From positions 795-64,794 of the forward strand of contig JBGPOY010000004.1 in assembly GCA_041488275.1 (NCBI GenBank): DNA of 64,000 nucleotides, given 5' to 3'. This document shows positions 28,048-38,169 of the stretch, one piece after another (within the stretch, counting starts at the first letter, position 1; each line of letters starts with the position of its first letter). The notes under the pieces were generated by a model. That model did not search any database. It was not told the DNA's origin and was given only the letters and a program-made list of their open reading frames with translations. The translations under genes and the position numbers were made by a program. The stretch is from Candidatus Nanoarchaeia archaeon (GTDB lineage Archaea > Nanobdellota > Nanobdellia > Woesearchaeales > ARS49).

Positions 28048-28652
28048 ATCTCAATAATTCTGGGCGTGCGCGCGACGTTGATGACAGTCGTGCGCCCGAT
28101 TTTCTGTTCGATTCCTCCGGCCTCGTGGATGTGCCCGCACACCGCGAAGTCGGGCTGAAATTTCTCGATGCTCTTTCGGACCGCCCAGCTGCCGGGAAAC
28201 ATCCCGCCCATTTCCATCAAGGTGCCGCTCGGGTGCTCGTGCACGACCATCAGCTTGCGTGACAAGGTCTTGATGCGTTCGTGCGCGTGTTGGAGCTGCT
28301 CGTAGATGTCGTGCTGGCTGGTGTGATTCGGTCCGATGGACGCGCCGCCCATGCCGAAAATGCCCACGCCGTTAATCTCGACGCCCGTCCCGTTGAGGTT
28401 CGTGGCGTCGTACAGGTTCGCGAGAAAGTCAGCGGTTGCGGGCGTTTCGTGGTTGCCGTGAACGAGCAGGACGTGCTTGCCTTTTGCCTTGAAGGGCCCG
28501 ACAATGCCGTCGGTGTTCTCGTCGCCGTACGTCAGGTCTCCGGCGAGCACGACCAAGTCAACGTTTTCTTTTTCTGCTTGGTCTGCCAGCGTGAGGATGA
28601 ATGCGTGGTCGGAATGCACGTCGCCGACGGCAAGGATACGGAGTTTGTCCAT
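28044..28652 (-). CDS. Calcineurin-like metallophosphoesterase
   Basis: DVH, GD, GNHE, HEHP and GHIHE motifs. Confidence 0.9.
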   Translation of the reverse strand: MDKLRILAVGDVHSDHAFILTLADQAEKENVDLVVLAGDLTYGDENTDGIVGPFKAKGKHVLLVHGNHETPATADFLANLYDATNLNGTGVEINGVGIFGMGGASIGPNHTSQHDIYEQLQHAHERIKTLSRKLMVVHEHPSGTLMEMGGMFPGSWAVRKSIEKFQPDFAVCGHIHEAGGIEQKIGRTTVINVARTPRIIEI

Positions 28653-28690
28653 GCGGTTTTTCACGGAAAATCGGTTTATAAATGTTCGGC

Positions 28691-29254
28691 TTACTTCACG
28701 AGAGAAAGAACGGCGTTGAGCGCGCTCGGGAGCTCGTTGATGCCTTCGCTGCCGCTGAAGTGTTCCTTGTTCTTTTCCATGATGACCTTCGCTCCGAAGC
28801 GCTTCTCAAACAATGCAACGTTGCTGAGCGGAACGACGGGGTCGTTGGCGGAGAAGATGGTGATGATGTGGTTCGCGGCGTGCTTGATTTTGTCGTAGTC
28901 CATCGGCGTGTCAACCCAGGGCTTGCCGATGGGCTTCTCTTCAGCGGTTAAACCCTTGAGGGTGAACCATGGCGCGACCAGGACGATACCGCCGATGGGC
29001 GCGCCAATGGTTTGAAGGTAGCGAATAATCGTTTGGCAGCCGATGCTGTGCCCGACCAAAAACGTGTCTTTGTCGGGCTTTTTGACGACGGCTGAGAGCT
29101 TCTTGACCCACGCCTCGATGACCGGAGTGTCCGTGTCGGGCATCGCGGGGTTCTCGACCTTGAAACCGCGCTTCGTGAGTTCCTGATTCAGCCACGGCAG
29201 CCAGCCTTCCTGCGGGTTACCTCCCCAGCCGTGGATGATGAAGCAGCGCTTCAT
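28691..29254 (-). CDS. RBBP9/YdeN-family serine hydrolase
   Basis: IHGWGG, WLPWL, GHSIG, SANDPVVP and HF motifs. Confidence 0.9.
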   Translation of the reverse strand: MKRCFIIHGWGGNPQEGWLPWLNQELTKRGFKVENPAMPDTDTPVIEAWVKKLSAVVKKPDKDTFLVGHSIGCQTIIRYLQTIGAPIGGIVLVAPWFTLKGLTAEEKPIGKPWVDTPMDYDKIKHAANHIITIFSANDPVVPLSNVALFEKRFGAKVIMEKNKEHFSGSEGINELPSALNAVLSLVK

Positions 29255-32200
29255 ACCTTCAAACTCACCACGTTCGAAACGCCGTGGTCGCCGAGCGAGA
29301 CGCCGTAAAGCGTGGACGCTTCGCCGATGACGTTGTCGTTGTGCGAGATGACGATGTATTGCGCGCGCTCACAGTACTTGCGGATGAGCTTGGCGAGCTT
29401 TTCCGAGTTGTGCTTGTCCAGCGCGGCGTCGACTTCGTCGAGGATGTAGAAGCTTGCGGGAGCGTGTTCCTGGATGGCGAAGATGAACGCGAGCGCCGTC
29501 ATCGTTTTTTCGCCTCCTGAAAGCGAGCGTATGTCGAGGAACTTGTTGCCGACGAGCTTGACCTTCACGTTCAGGCCGCCTTCGAACGGGTTTTCAGGCG
29601 TTTCGAGCTCGAGATCTGCCTCGCCTTTCGTGCTGAGCGCGTTGAAAATGCCTTGGAAGTTTTGTTTTACGACCGCGAGCGTCTGCAGGAAGAGTTCTTT
29701 CTTCTTGCCCTCGATTTCGTTCATGAGCCCGACGACGTCTTCCTTTTCCTTGACCAGGATGTCCTTCTTTTGCTGGAGGTTCTGGAATTCCCTTTCGACG
29801 GTGTCGTAGATTTCGAGCGCGCGCATGTTGACCGAACCGATGTTTTCGCGCATCTTTTCGGCGTCCTTGATTTCCTTGGCAAGCACGTCGTCCGGCTTCG
29901 CCAGGTCGAGCTCGACGCCGGCGTACTGCTCGAATTCCACGACGATGTTCGAACGTTCCGCTTTCAGGCGGGCTTCCTCGATGCTGTGCGTGTTCATCTG
30001 GAGCTCTTCCTTGCGGCTGTTTTCTTCAATCGTGAACGCCTTGTTTTCGAGAACCGTGATTTCGTCGGAAATCTTGTTGCGCTTCGTGAACAGGTCTTTG
30101 AACTTGCTCTGGAATTCGGCCTGCGCCTTTTCCTTCTGCTTGAGCGACTTTTCCTGTTCTTTGATGGCGCCGTCAAGCGTCTTGCTTTCTCCCTTGTGCG
30201 CGTCGGTCTCCTGCGCGATGTCTTGGAGGAGTTTGCGCGTGTTGTCCTGGTCGCGGACAAGAATTTCTGACAGTTGAGCGTCAACGTTCTTCAGGTCCGC
30301 GCCGAGCATGACGATTTGGTCCGAGAGCTTCTTGCGGTGCTCCTCGTACGCGTTCAGTTCAGCAATGATGGTCGGCTTGCGCAACTCTGCAATCTTGTCG
30401 TGCAATTGCTGCTTGCGAATCTTGAGTTGCGCGAGCTCCTGCGTCGCGTCGGAAATCGTGTCGGTGATGCTGTCGAGCTTTTTCGAGGCTTCGTTGAGCT
30501 GTTTCTTGAGCTCTTCCTTGTAGCTCTTGCTCGCCTCAAGGTCAGACGTGTCGAGGTGCAGGGATTTCTCGGTCTTGATGATGTCGCCTTCCGTGTTGGC
30601 CTTGAACTCGCGGAGCTTGTAAATTTTGTCCTCGTTCTCGGTCTTGTCGAGCTGGAGCTTGCTGACGTTCGACTGCAGTTTTCCGACTTCGTTCTGGATG
30701 CTTTCGATGGTGCCCGCGAGTTCCTGTTCCTTGAACGCGCCCTGCTTCTTGGCGTGGTAGCCGCCGATCATCGCTCCGGACACGTCGCACACGTCGCCGT
30801 CGAGCGTGACCATCTTGATGGTGCCGACGCCGATTCTGCGCGCGACCTCGATGCTTTGCACGATGAGCGTGTTGCCAAAGACGTACGCGAACACGTCCTT
30901 GAATTTCGGCTCGAACTTGATGAGGTCGATGGCGAACCCGATGACGCCTTTTTCTTCGGTCAACTTTTTGTTTTCCGACTTGACGGGCGTGCCTCTGATC
31001 TTGTTGAGCGGGAGGAACGTTGCCGTGCCGAACCGGTTTTCCTTGAGGTACTTGATACACCGAGCCGCGACTTTGTCGTCGTCGACCACGACGCTGTTGA
31101 TTCTGTTGGCTGCCGCGACTTCGAGCGCGAAGCTGTAGTCCTTGCTCGTGTTGCCGAGTTCGGAGACGGTGCCGTAAATGTCGCCCAATTGCTGGCGGTT
31201 TTCGAGGACTTTCTTGACTGCGACGTTGCCGGCGACGGCTTCCTGCACGCCCGCGTTGCGGACTTCCAAGCGAGCAAGTTCTTCGGAGAGTTTGAGCAGG
31301 CGCTGCTTGCCGCTCGCGAGTTCGGCGGCCATGCGGCTGTCCGTGTTGAGCAATTGGTTGAGTTCGAGGACGGCTTTCTTGAATTCGTCCTTCTTCTGTT
31401 TCAGCGCCTTGATTTCCTGCGTATGTTCCTTCTCGAGCTCGTGGACTTTCTCGATTTGCTGGTCAATCGTTTGCAGCTGGAATTCGACTTTGTCTTTCTC
31501 GCGGAGGAGGTTTTGCTGTCCTTCGCGCAGCTGTGAAAGTGATTTCTGACGCTCATCGGCCTTCATGTCGAGCGAGCGCATTTCCTCGTCAATCGCGCCG
31601 GATTCCTCGCCGAGCTGGTGCTTTTTCTTGAAGTCCGCGAGCTTTTTCTCGTGGGCGGCGAGCTCCTTCTGGAGCGAGGACTTTCTGCCTTCCAAATCGT
31701 CTTTTTGCTCGCGGGTGAGCTTGACTTTTTGGTCGAGTTCTTCCAAGGACTTCCCGAGCGCTTCCTTGCGCTGGGCCATCCTGCCGAGTTCGGTGTGAAG
31801 CGCTCCGAGTCGGGTTTTTTGCGTGGCGACGTCGATGCGGATGTGCTCGACTTCCTTCTGCATCGTAATCTGTTCTTGTTCTCCTTTCTGCTGGACTTCC
31901 TGGTCAATCTGCTGCATTTCGGTCCTGCGAGACTGGATGCCTTCTCTCGTTGCCTTGATGTGTCCTTGGAGTTTGTCAAACTTGACGCGGTAGCCGCCGA
32001 CCTTTTCCTCGATGTCTTTCACGTCAGCTTCTTTCTTGTCGAGCTGGCGCTTGAGCATCGTCGCCTTGTTCTGGCGCAAACGGTCGTTCAGTTCCTTGAA
32101 CTTCATCGCGTGGTCGCGGTCTTTCTTGAGGTCTTTCAGGTAGGACTCGCGTTCTTTGAGAATGATGCCGACCTGTCCGAGGTTTTCCTCAACTTTGGAA

Positions 32201-32847
32201 AGGTCGTTGAGCGCGTGGTTTTTCTTTTCCTCGTACATGCCGATGCCTGCGATTTCTTCCACGATTTGTCGGCGTTCGACGGTCGGCATTTCGCAGAAGT
32301 GGATGATGTCGCCTTGGAGAATGATGTTGTAGCCGTTGGGGTCGATTTTCGCGTAGTTCATCAGGTCAAGAATTTCTTGTCGTGTGCGAGTTTTGCCGTT
32401 GATTTTGTACTTGCTTTGCCCGTCTGACTGGACGATGCGCGAGAGCTTGACTTCCGGTTCGGGAGTGGGGAAGGTGTTCTTGCTGTTGTCGAACACGATG
32501 CTGACTTCGGCGTGCTTGGCCGGGTTTTTGGTCTTGCCGCCGTTGTAGATGAGGTTGCTGGTCTTTTCGGCGCGCATGGATTTCGCGGACGTCTTGCCGA
32601 GAACGAAGCAGAGTGCGTCCAAAACGTTCGATTTGCCCGAGCCGTTCGGTCCGATGATGACGTTGAAGTCGTTGTCGAACAGGAGCTCGGTGCGCTTGCC
32701 GAAGCTCTTGAAGCCTTCCAGAATCAGCTTGTTGATTTTCGTGACGCCAATGCTGCCTGCGTTGGTTATGGGCGCGTCAAGTACTTGAGACACAGGTTCA
32801 GCAGGGCTGCTTGCGGCATCCCCTTTCACCTCAGCGTTGTCAGACAT
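29251..32847 (-). CDS. smc: Chromosome segregation protein SMC
   Basis: GFKSF, GPNGSGKSN, hinge (GTVSEL, ATFLPLN, VTLDGD), LSGGEK, LDEVDAALD. Confidence 0.97.
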   Translation of the reverse strand: MSDNAEVKGDAASSPAEPVSQVLDAPITNAGSIGVTKINKLILEGFKSFGKRTELLFDNDFNVIIGPNGSGKSNVLDALCFVLGKTSAKSMRAEKTSNLIYNGGKTKNPAKHAEVSIVFDNSKNTFPTPEPEVKLSRIVQSDGQSKYKINGKTRTRQEILDLMNYAKIDPNGYNIILQGDIIHFCEMPTVERRQIVEEIAGIGMYEEKKNHALNDLSKVEENLGQVGIILKERESYLKDLKKDRDHAMKFKELNDRLRQNKATMLKRQLDKKEADVKDIEEKVGGYRVKFDKLQGHIKATREGIQSRRTEMQQIDQEVQQKGEQEQITMQKEVEHIRIDVATQKTRLGALHTELGRMAQRKEALGKSLEELDQKVKLTREQKDDLEGRKSSLQKELAAHEKKLADFKKKHQLGEESGAIDEEMRSLDMKADERQKSLSQLREGQQNLLREKDKVEFQLQTIDQQIEKVHELEKEHTQEIKALKQKKDEFKKAVLELNQLLNTDSRMAAELASGKQRLLKLSEELARLEVRNAGVQEAVAGNVAVKKVLENRQQLGDIYGTVSELGNTSKDYSFALEVAAANRINSVVVDDDKVAARCIKYLKENRFGTATFLPLNKIRGTPVKSENKKLTEEKGVIGFAIDLIKFEPKFKDVFAYVFGNTLIVQSIEVARRIGVGTIKMVTLDGDVCDVSGAMIGGYHAKKQGAFKEQELAGTIESIQNEVGKLQSNVSKLQLDKTENEDKIYKLREFKANTEGDIIKTEKSLHLDTSDLEASKSYKEELKKQLNEASKKLDSITDTISDATQELAQLKIRKQQLHDKIAELRKPTIIAELNAYEEHRKKLSDQIVMLGADLKNVDAQLSEILVRDQDNTRKLLQDIAQETDAHKGESKTLDGAIKEQEKSLKQKEKAQAEFQSKFKDLFTKRNKISDEITVLENKAFTIEENSRKEELQMNTHSIEEARLKAERSNIVVEFEQYAGVELDLAKPDDVLAKEIKDAEKMRENIGSVNMRALEIYDTVEREFQNLQQKKDILVKEKEDVVGLMNEIEGKKKELFLQTLAVVKQNFQGIFNALSTKGEADLELETPENPFEGGLNVKVKLVGNKFLDIRSLSGGEKTMTALAFIFAIQEHAPASFYILDEVDAALDKHNSEKLAKLIRKYCERAQYIVISHNDNVIGEASTLYGVSLGDHGVSNVVSLKV

Positions 32848-32964
32848 TAGGCAGTGGTTTTCACGAGTGGTTGCTATATAAAGACTTCGGTGAACGGTTT
32901 ATTTATTTCCATATACAAATATATGAGGCAAAGGATTAAAAACTGCCTCGATTGATGAACGCGC

Positions 32965-33606
32965 ATGCCAACCGTGTGCGGCATTGACGAAGCCGGCAGA
33001 GGACCGATTATCGGCTCGCTCTTCATCTGCGGCGCCGTGATTGAGTCCGGACAGGAGGACGCGCTCAAGAAGATGGGCGTCAAGGACTCCAAATTGCTTT
33101 CTCCCAAACAGCGCGAGGCGTTGTATGACCACGTGTTGAAATTTGTCAAGTCGTACAAATTGATTCGCATTCCTCCCGACGAAATCGACGACTCCGTGGA
33201 AAGCACCGAGACCAATCTCAACTGGCTGGAAGCCAACAAAGCCGTTGAAATCATCAACACGCTGAAGCCCGATAGCACGATTCTGGACTGTCCGAGCCCG
33301 AACCTCAAAGCGTACTCGGGATACATCGAGAAGAAACTCGTGCACAAGACCGCCTTGATGTGCGCGCACCACGCCGACACCGACTACGTCGTCGTCGGAG
33401 CGGCGAGCATCATCGCGAAAGTGAACAGGGATAGAGAAGTCGCGGCGCTGGCAAAGAAAATCGGCGTCGACTTCGGTTCGGGGTATGCGGCCGATCCGAA
33501 AACCAAGGCGTTTGTCGAGAGCTACTGGGACAAGTTCCCCGAAATCATGCGCCACAGTTGGAAAACATTTAAGAACGCGTCGCAACAGACACTCGGAAAA
33601 TACTGA
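32965..33606 (+). CDS. rnhB: Ribonuclease HII
   Basis: GIDEAGRGP, DSKLL, AASIIAKV, GSGY; PIP-box-like C-terminus QQTLGKY. Confidence 0.96.
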   Translation: MPTVCGIDEAGRGPIIGSLFICGAVIESGQEDALKKMGVKDSKLLSPKQREALYDHVLKFVKSYKLIRIPPDEIDDSVESTETNLNWLEANKAVEIINTLKPDSTILDCPSPNLKAYSGYIEKKLVHKTALMCAHHADTDYVVVGAASIIAKVNRDREVAALAKKIGVDFGSGYAADPKTKAFVESYWDKFPEIMRHSWKTFKNASQQTLGKY

Positions 33607-33617
33607 AGGTGAACACG

Positions 33618-34001
33618 ATGGCAAAAAAAGACGTTCCTAAATTCGGCAATCACGAAATCATCCAGTTCGTCGGCGTCCACGACTTGGAGCCGTCCGAACA
33701 GGATTCTGTTCAACTGCTGACGACGGAATACTTTGAGAAAATCAAGCGCGAACTCCACAACCTGACGAACTTGGTCGTGCACGTGCAGACCGAAGGCGTC
33801 AAGAAAGGACGCGACAAGGAAGACAAGCGCAAGCGGTATTCGTTGCACGTCCGCAGCGTGTCGCCGGGATTCGTGTTCGAGTCATCCAAGAACGACGACT
33901 ACGAGCTACCGCGCGCGCTGCACAAGTCCTTCGAGGAAATCCTGTCGCAAATCCAGCACCGGCTCAGGACCGATGTGACGCACCCGAAGCCGTATCAATA
34001 A
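33618..34001 (+). CDS. Hypothetical protein, possible stand-alone HPF/RaiA-like ribosome hibernation domain
   Basis: Predicted beta-alpha-beta-beta-beta-alpha layout; EKIKR, RYSLHVR and DYELPRALHKSFEEI...QI segments. Confidence 0.55.
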   Translation: MAKKDVPKFGNHEIIQFVGVHDLEPSEQDSVQLLTTEYFEKIKRELHNLTNLVVHVQTEGVKKGRDKEDKRKRYSLHVRSVSPGFVFESSKNDDYELPRALHKSFEEILSQIQHRLRTDVTHPKPYQ

Positions 34002-34038
34002 AAAATTCTTTGAAAAAAGAATTATTCTTTTCTTTCTG

Positions 34039-34305
34039 TCATGTGACGTGCCCTATCGCGTCGATTGTTGTGGAGCTGACGCGCTCCGCGCGTGTGACGT
34101 TGAGGACGTTGTCGATGCAGATGGTCTGCATGGCGCCCTCGCGCGAGAACGGTTCGGGCTTTTCCGCAATGGTAACCCATGCCGCGTTCATGCGAGTCAT
34201 GAACCCGGTCAGGTAACCGACTTCCTGATGCGGGCGCCCGGCGGACCGGTACGTGACTTCAACGCGCTCCTGTGCTCCATAACTCCTCAGCTCTTTTTCA
34301 TTCAT
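34039..34305 (-). CDS. Small hypothetical protein
   Basis: Strong GAGGTGA SD and upstream TATA. Confidence 0.6.
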   Translation of the reverse strand: MNEKELRSYGAQERVEVTYRSAGRPHQEVGYLTGFMTRMNAAWVTIAEKPEPFSREGAMQTICIDNVLNVTRAERVSSTTIDAIGHVT

Positions 34306-34392
34306 ATTGATTCACCTCAGAAATCTCCTGAGATGAGCCTTTTAAAGTAGCTTGTGAAGGGCAGATATGGACGAGAAGACTGGATGAAAAGA

Positions 34393-34467
34393 TAGCGGGG
34401 GAAGGATTTGAACCTTCGACCTACGGGTTATGAGCCCGTCGAACACTCCAAGCTGTTCTACCCCGCT
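34393..34467 (-). tRNA. Initiator tRNA-Met(CAT)
   Basis: A1:T72 pair; anticodon stem with three consecutive G:C pairs (ACGGG-CT-CAT-AA-CCCGT). Confidence 0.93.
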
Positions 34468-34573
34468 GATGATGCCTAGGAAACCCTTCACGGGTTTTAT
34501 AAATGTTTGGGAGTGGCGGTGTTCAGGGAATCCCTGCAAAACCTTTAAAAGCAGTATGTATTTGCTTCAGCGC

Positions 34574-35872
34574 ATGCCTCGCTCGCGCAGCAGTTGGACA
34601 AAACGTCTGCTGTGCGCGTTCGTGCTTCTTGCTCTTCTCATGTTGAGTGCATGTCTAACGCCAGCTACGACCGGCGCTACGCTGTCTTTGAAAGTTCACC
34701 CTCCTGCAACGTGTGATGGTACGTTTTCATATGCGGTCGAATTGACTAATGCCAAGCATGAAGGGATGGGAGATCAATGGATTAAAGTTTCCATTAATGG
34801 CGAAGATTTTGAACGCCTCAAGACGGACCAAAATGGGCGCTTCTCGTCAACTGGAGATATGCATCCTGCGTGGTGCAATAAGGATGCCGTTCTCACTGCC
34901 ACATTTGAGGGTACAAAGCAGTTCGGTTCTGCAACAGTTCAGCAGATACTGCGTGTTGCGGCATGCAATGACGGAACGGCGATGGAAAGTTGCTCGCAGA
35001 ACAAAGGGTATTACTGTGACAACGCGACAGCATTGGTCTTTAATTGTGATAAGTGTGGATGTACTGACAGTCTCATTTGTTCCGATAATGCCTGCGTCAC
35101 TGCGGATGCGCGAGTTTCCCAACTGATTTCAGAATTACAAGGGCATATCGTGAAAGTTAAGAACAGCTATGTGGAAGGATCCGGCATTGTATTTTCGCAA
35201 GAGACAGTTGGTGCAACAGTTCATACGGCAATTCTCACTAATCATCACGTTGTCGAAGATGCGTGGAGCCTTGAGGATATCCAAGTTTTATCGAATTCTC
35301 CAGAAGGAAAAGTCCTGGCTGCGTATGTCGCTCCTCTGGGAATTGATTTGGCAATTGTCGAAGTTGAAGGAAAAATTGGCACGCCCATTGACCTCAAATA
35401 TGTCGATGTGCAGAAGGGGCAGGCAGTCGTCGCGCTCGGGTCGCCTCTGGGCTTCCAAGGAAGCGTTTCTAAAGGGATTATTTCCAATTTTGTCAAGGAT
35501 GACTCCAATAACAACTACACGCTTGATCACATTCAAACCGATGCTGCAATTAACCCCGGAAGCAGCGGCGGAGGACTTTTCCTTGAAAGCGATGGAAGTT
35601 TAGTCGGCATTAATACGTACAAGTACACTAATACCGAAGGCTTGGGATTTGCTATTGATTTCAGAGAACTTAACTTGCTTCCCGCATACAAAAACTGGAT
35701 TCCGTGGGCGCCTCCAAAACTATGTGATGATGGAACTCCCTACGGCCTTTGCTCGCTACTCATTCCATATGCTTGCGACGACGGAAAAGTCGTTCCGGCA
35801 TGCGAGTATTGCGGTTGTCCTCCTGCCGATGGCACTGTTTGCTATACAGATGGCAAGTGCCGTGTTCCCTGA
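34574..35872 (+). CDS. Secreted/lipoprotein trypsin-like (HtrA-type, no PDZ) serine protease with Cys-rich modules
   Basis: Lipobox-like LSAC; catalytic triad TNHHV, DLA and QTDAAINPGSSGG; ALGSPLG; two C.DGT....CS repeats. Confidence 0.88.
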   Translation: MPRSRSSWTKRLLCAFVLLALLMLSACLTPATTGATLSLKVHPPATCDGTFSYAVELTNAKHEGMGDQWIKVSINGEDFERLKTDQNGRFSSTGDMHPAWCNKDAVLTATFEGTKQFGSATVQQILRVAACNDGTAMESCSQNKGYYCDNATALVFNCDKCGCTDSLICSDNACVTADARVSQLISELQGHIVKVKNSYVEGSGIVFSQETVGATVHTAILTNHHVVEDAWSLEDIQVLSNSPEGKVLAAYVAPLGIDLAIVEVEGKIGTPIDLKYVDVQKGQAVVALGSPLGFQGSVSKGIISNFVKDDSNNNYTLDHIQTDAAINPGSSGGGLFLESDGSLVGINTYKYTNTEGLGFAIDFRELNLLPAYKNWIPWAPPKLCDDGTPYGLCSLLIPYACDDGKVVPACEYCGCPPADGTVCYTDGKCRVP

Positions 35873-35943
35873 GCCTTCTTTAACTGCAAGTCACTAGGAA
35901 AACCTTTAAAAGACACCCTCAGCAACGAACAGGCAGTACCATT

Positions 35944-36027
35944 GCCACCGTGGCGCAACCTGGTACCGCGGTGGATTGCTAATCCACTTTCCGCAAGGAT
36001 TTCCCGGTTCAAATCCGGGCGGTGGCG
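35944..36027 (+). tRNA. tRNA-Ser(GCT)
   Basis: GCCACCG/CGGTGGC acceptor stem; GTGGA-TT-GCT-AA-TCCAC anticodon arm; long variable arm. Confidence 0.93.
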
Positions 36028-36097
36028 TCCATTCAGAAGCGCATTGCCCCGCACGGGCTCACCGAGCGGTCTCGGTGTTTGTCCGGGCGGTGGCGTC
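36014..36097. repeat. Hairpin element, copy 4, with 16-bp duplication of the tRNA-Ser 3' end
   Basis: TCCGGGCGGTGGCGTC at 36014-36029 and 36082-36097; core CACCGAG-CGGT-CTCGGTG at 36060-36077. Confidence 0.85.
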
Positions 36098-36130
36098 AGT
36101 TTTATTAGGAGTCAAAACAAAGAGGCGACA

Positions 36131-37414
36131 ATGCTCGATATCAAGCTCATTCGCGAACATCCCGACCAGGTTAAGGCGGGGCTGAAGAAGCGCACCAATC
36201 CTGAGTATGTGCAGTGGGTTGATGACGTCCGCGCGCTGGATGAGAAAATCCGCAAGCTGAAAGGCGAGACGGACGAACTCAGAGCGCGCCGCAACAAGGT
36301 TTCTGAAGAGATTAACGCCGCGAGAAAGGCGGGCAAGGACATTAAGAAAGTCTTGGAGGAAGCCAAGCAGATTCCCGCCCACATCGCGAACAACGAATCA
36401 AAATTACAAGAATTCGAGACGCAAATCAGGTATTTCCTGTTACGCATTCCGAACTTGCTGCAGGACTCAGTTCCTGTCGGCAAGGATGAGACGCACAACA
36501 AGGTCGTCAAGGAGTTCGGCAAGCCCGTCAAGCAGTCCTTCGAGCCGTTGAGCCACATCGACTTGGTCACGCTGGGCGATCTCGCTGACTTCGACCGCGC
36601 GGCGAAAATCTCCGGCGCGCGCTGGTATTTCCTGAAAGGAAAGCTCGCGCGACTGCAAATGGCATTGATGGAGTACGCGACGGACTTCATGACGAAAAAG
36701 GGATATCTCATGACGGTGCCGCCGTACTTCATGAATCGAGCGGCGTACGAAGGCGTCACCGATATGGGCGCGTTCCAAGACGTCTTGTACAAAGTCGAGG
36801 GCGAGGACCTGTACGGCATCGCCACGTCCGAGCACCCGTTGACGGCGCAGTTCAAGGACGAAGTTCTCGAAGCGTCGCAATTGCCCATCAAGCTCTTCGG
36901 CATCTCGCCGTGTTTCCGCAAGGAAGCAGGCGCGCACGGCCGCGACCAAAAAGGCATTTTCCGCGTGCACCAATTCCACAAAGTTGAACAAATCATCATC
37001 AGCAAGCCCGAGGATTCCGAAAAACTGCACGAGGAAATGGCGCGCAACGCCATCGAGTTCTGGCAATCTTTAGGAATGCCGTTCCACCAAATCCTGCTGT
37101 GTTCCGGCGACACCGGCGCAGTTTCATCGAAAACGTACGATATGGAAGTCTGGATGCCTGTGCAGAACGCGTACCGTGAAGTCGTGTCGTGTTCGAACTG
37201 CACCGATTATCAGGCGCGCCGCTTGAACATCCGCTTCCAGGACAAGCAGGAGCGGGGATTTGTCCACACGCTGAACTCGACGCTCACGACGGATACGCGT
37301 CCATTGGTCGCAATCATGGAGAACAATCAGGATAAGAACGGCACCATCACCATCCCTGAACCGCTGCAAAAGTACTGCGGGTTCAAAACGATAGAAACGA
37401 AACCGAAAAAGTAA
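36131..37414 (+). CDS. serS: Serine-tRNA ligase
   Basis: MLDIKLIRE, ATSEHP, FRKEAGAHG, FRVHQF, SNCTDYQARRL, HTLN. Confidence 0.97.
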   Translation: MLDIKLIREHPDQVKAGLKKRTNPEYVQWVDDVRALDEKIRKLKGETDELRARRNKVSEEINAARKAGKDIKKVLEEAKQIPAHIANNESKLQEFETQIRYFLLRIPNLLQDSVPVGKDETHNKVVKEFGKPVKQSFEPLSHIDLVTLGDLADFDRAAKISGARWYFLKGKLARLQMALMEYATDFMTKKGYLMTVPPYFMNRAAYEGVTDMGAFQDVLYKVEGEDLYGIATSEHPLTAQFKDEVLEASQLPIKLFGISPCFRKEAGAHGRDQKGIFRVHQFHKVEQIIISKPEDSEKLHEEMARNAIEFWQSLGMPFHQILLCSGDTGAVSSKTYDMEVWMPVQNAYREVVSCSNCTDYQARRLNIRFQDKQERGFVHTLNSTLTTDTRPLVAIMENNQDKNGTITIPEPLQKYCGFKTIETKPKK

Positions 37415-37689
37415 TGGCGAAAATCCCCGCGTTTGTCTGGCTGGTGCTCGGAGCGGTCGTTGCTTTCATCTCCTACGAAGTCGGTCCCGCGTTCCAATGG
37501 TTTCTCTATCTCGGATTGTTCTTCGTCGCCGTAGGAGTCGTCAAACTGTTCTTCGGGCGCAAAACGCTAGGACCGATCTATCCTGCGCACCCCGTGCAGC
37601 GCGCCCATCAGCATTTCTGCCCGCGCTGCAGGCATCCGACGCACCCGACGGACAGGTTTTGCAGGAATTGCGGGCAGCGCTTGCGTTAG
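37414..37689 (+). CDS. Small membrane protein with C-terminal zinc ribbon
   Basis: Two TM segments plus CPRC...FCRNCG. Confidence 0.75.
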   Translation: MAKIPAFVWLVLGAVVAFISYEVGPAFQWFLYLGLFFVAVGVVKLFFGRKTLGPIYPAHPVQRAHQHFCPRCRHPTHPTDRFCRNCGQRLR

Positions 37690-38075
37690 TGCGTGCCTGC
37701 GTAGAAATTGATGTCTTCAGAAGTAATCGTGAGCTTGTGTTGCTTTCCCCAAGCGATAAACTGCTTGATGCGTTCGTCGAGTCGCGTTTGGGGCAGCGAG
37801 CGCGGTCCGTTCGCTTTGTCATTGGGTCCAACGCCGAATTCCCCTTCATCTTCGGTGAATATCTTTTGCCGGATAACAACCTGACCTGCCGTTGCCTTTT
37901 GGTCATCAGCGAGGCAGAGGAACTCGATTCCATCGGGAAACACATTCGATGCGAGACTGTCGCAAGGAGTGCCATCAGGCAAGACGGCAAGAGGGCCATA
38001 CTGTTCACGATATTGCCGAAGCGGCAATTCACGCCGGATGCCGATGTAGAGTTCACCATGATAGTCGATAGACAT
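37686..38075 (-). CDS. Hypothetical protein
   Basis: ATG about 25 nt downstream of a TTTAA box; fills the intergenic gap. Confidence 0.6.
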   Translation of the reverse strand: MSIDYHGELYIGIRRELPLRQYREQYGPLAVLPDGTPCDSLASNVFPDGIEFLCLADDQKATAGQVVIRQKIFTEDEGEFGVGPNDKANGPRSLPQTRLDERIKQFIAWGKQHKLTITSEDINFYAGTH

Positions 38076-38169
38076 ATCTCTCGAGACAAAGAACTTCCAT
38101 TAAAGCATTTCGCGCCTGCACTACTCCATCCCCTAAAACTTTATATAAACCTCCGAACCACGTCGGTGT

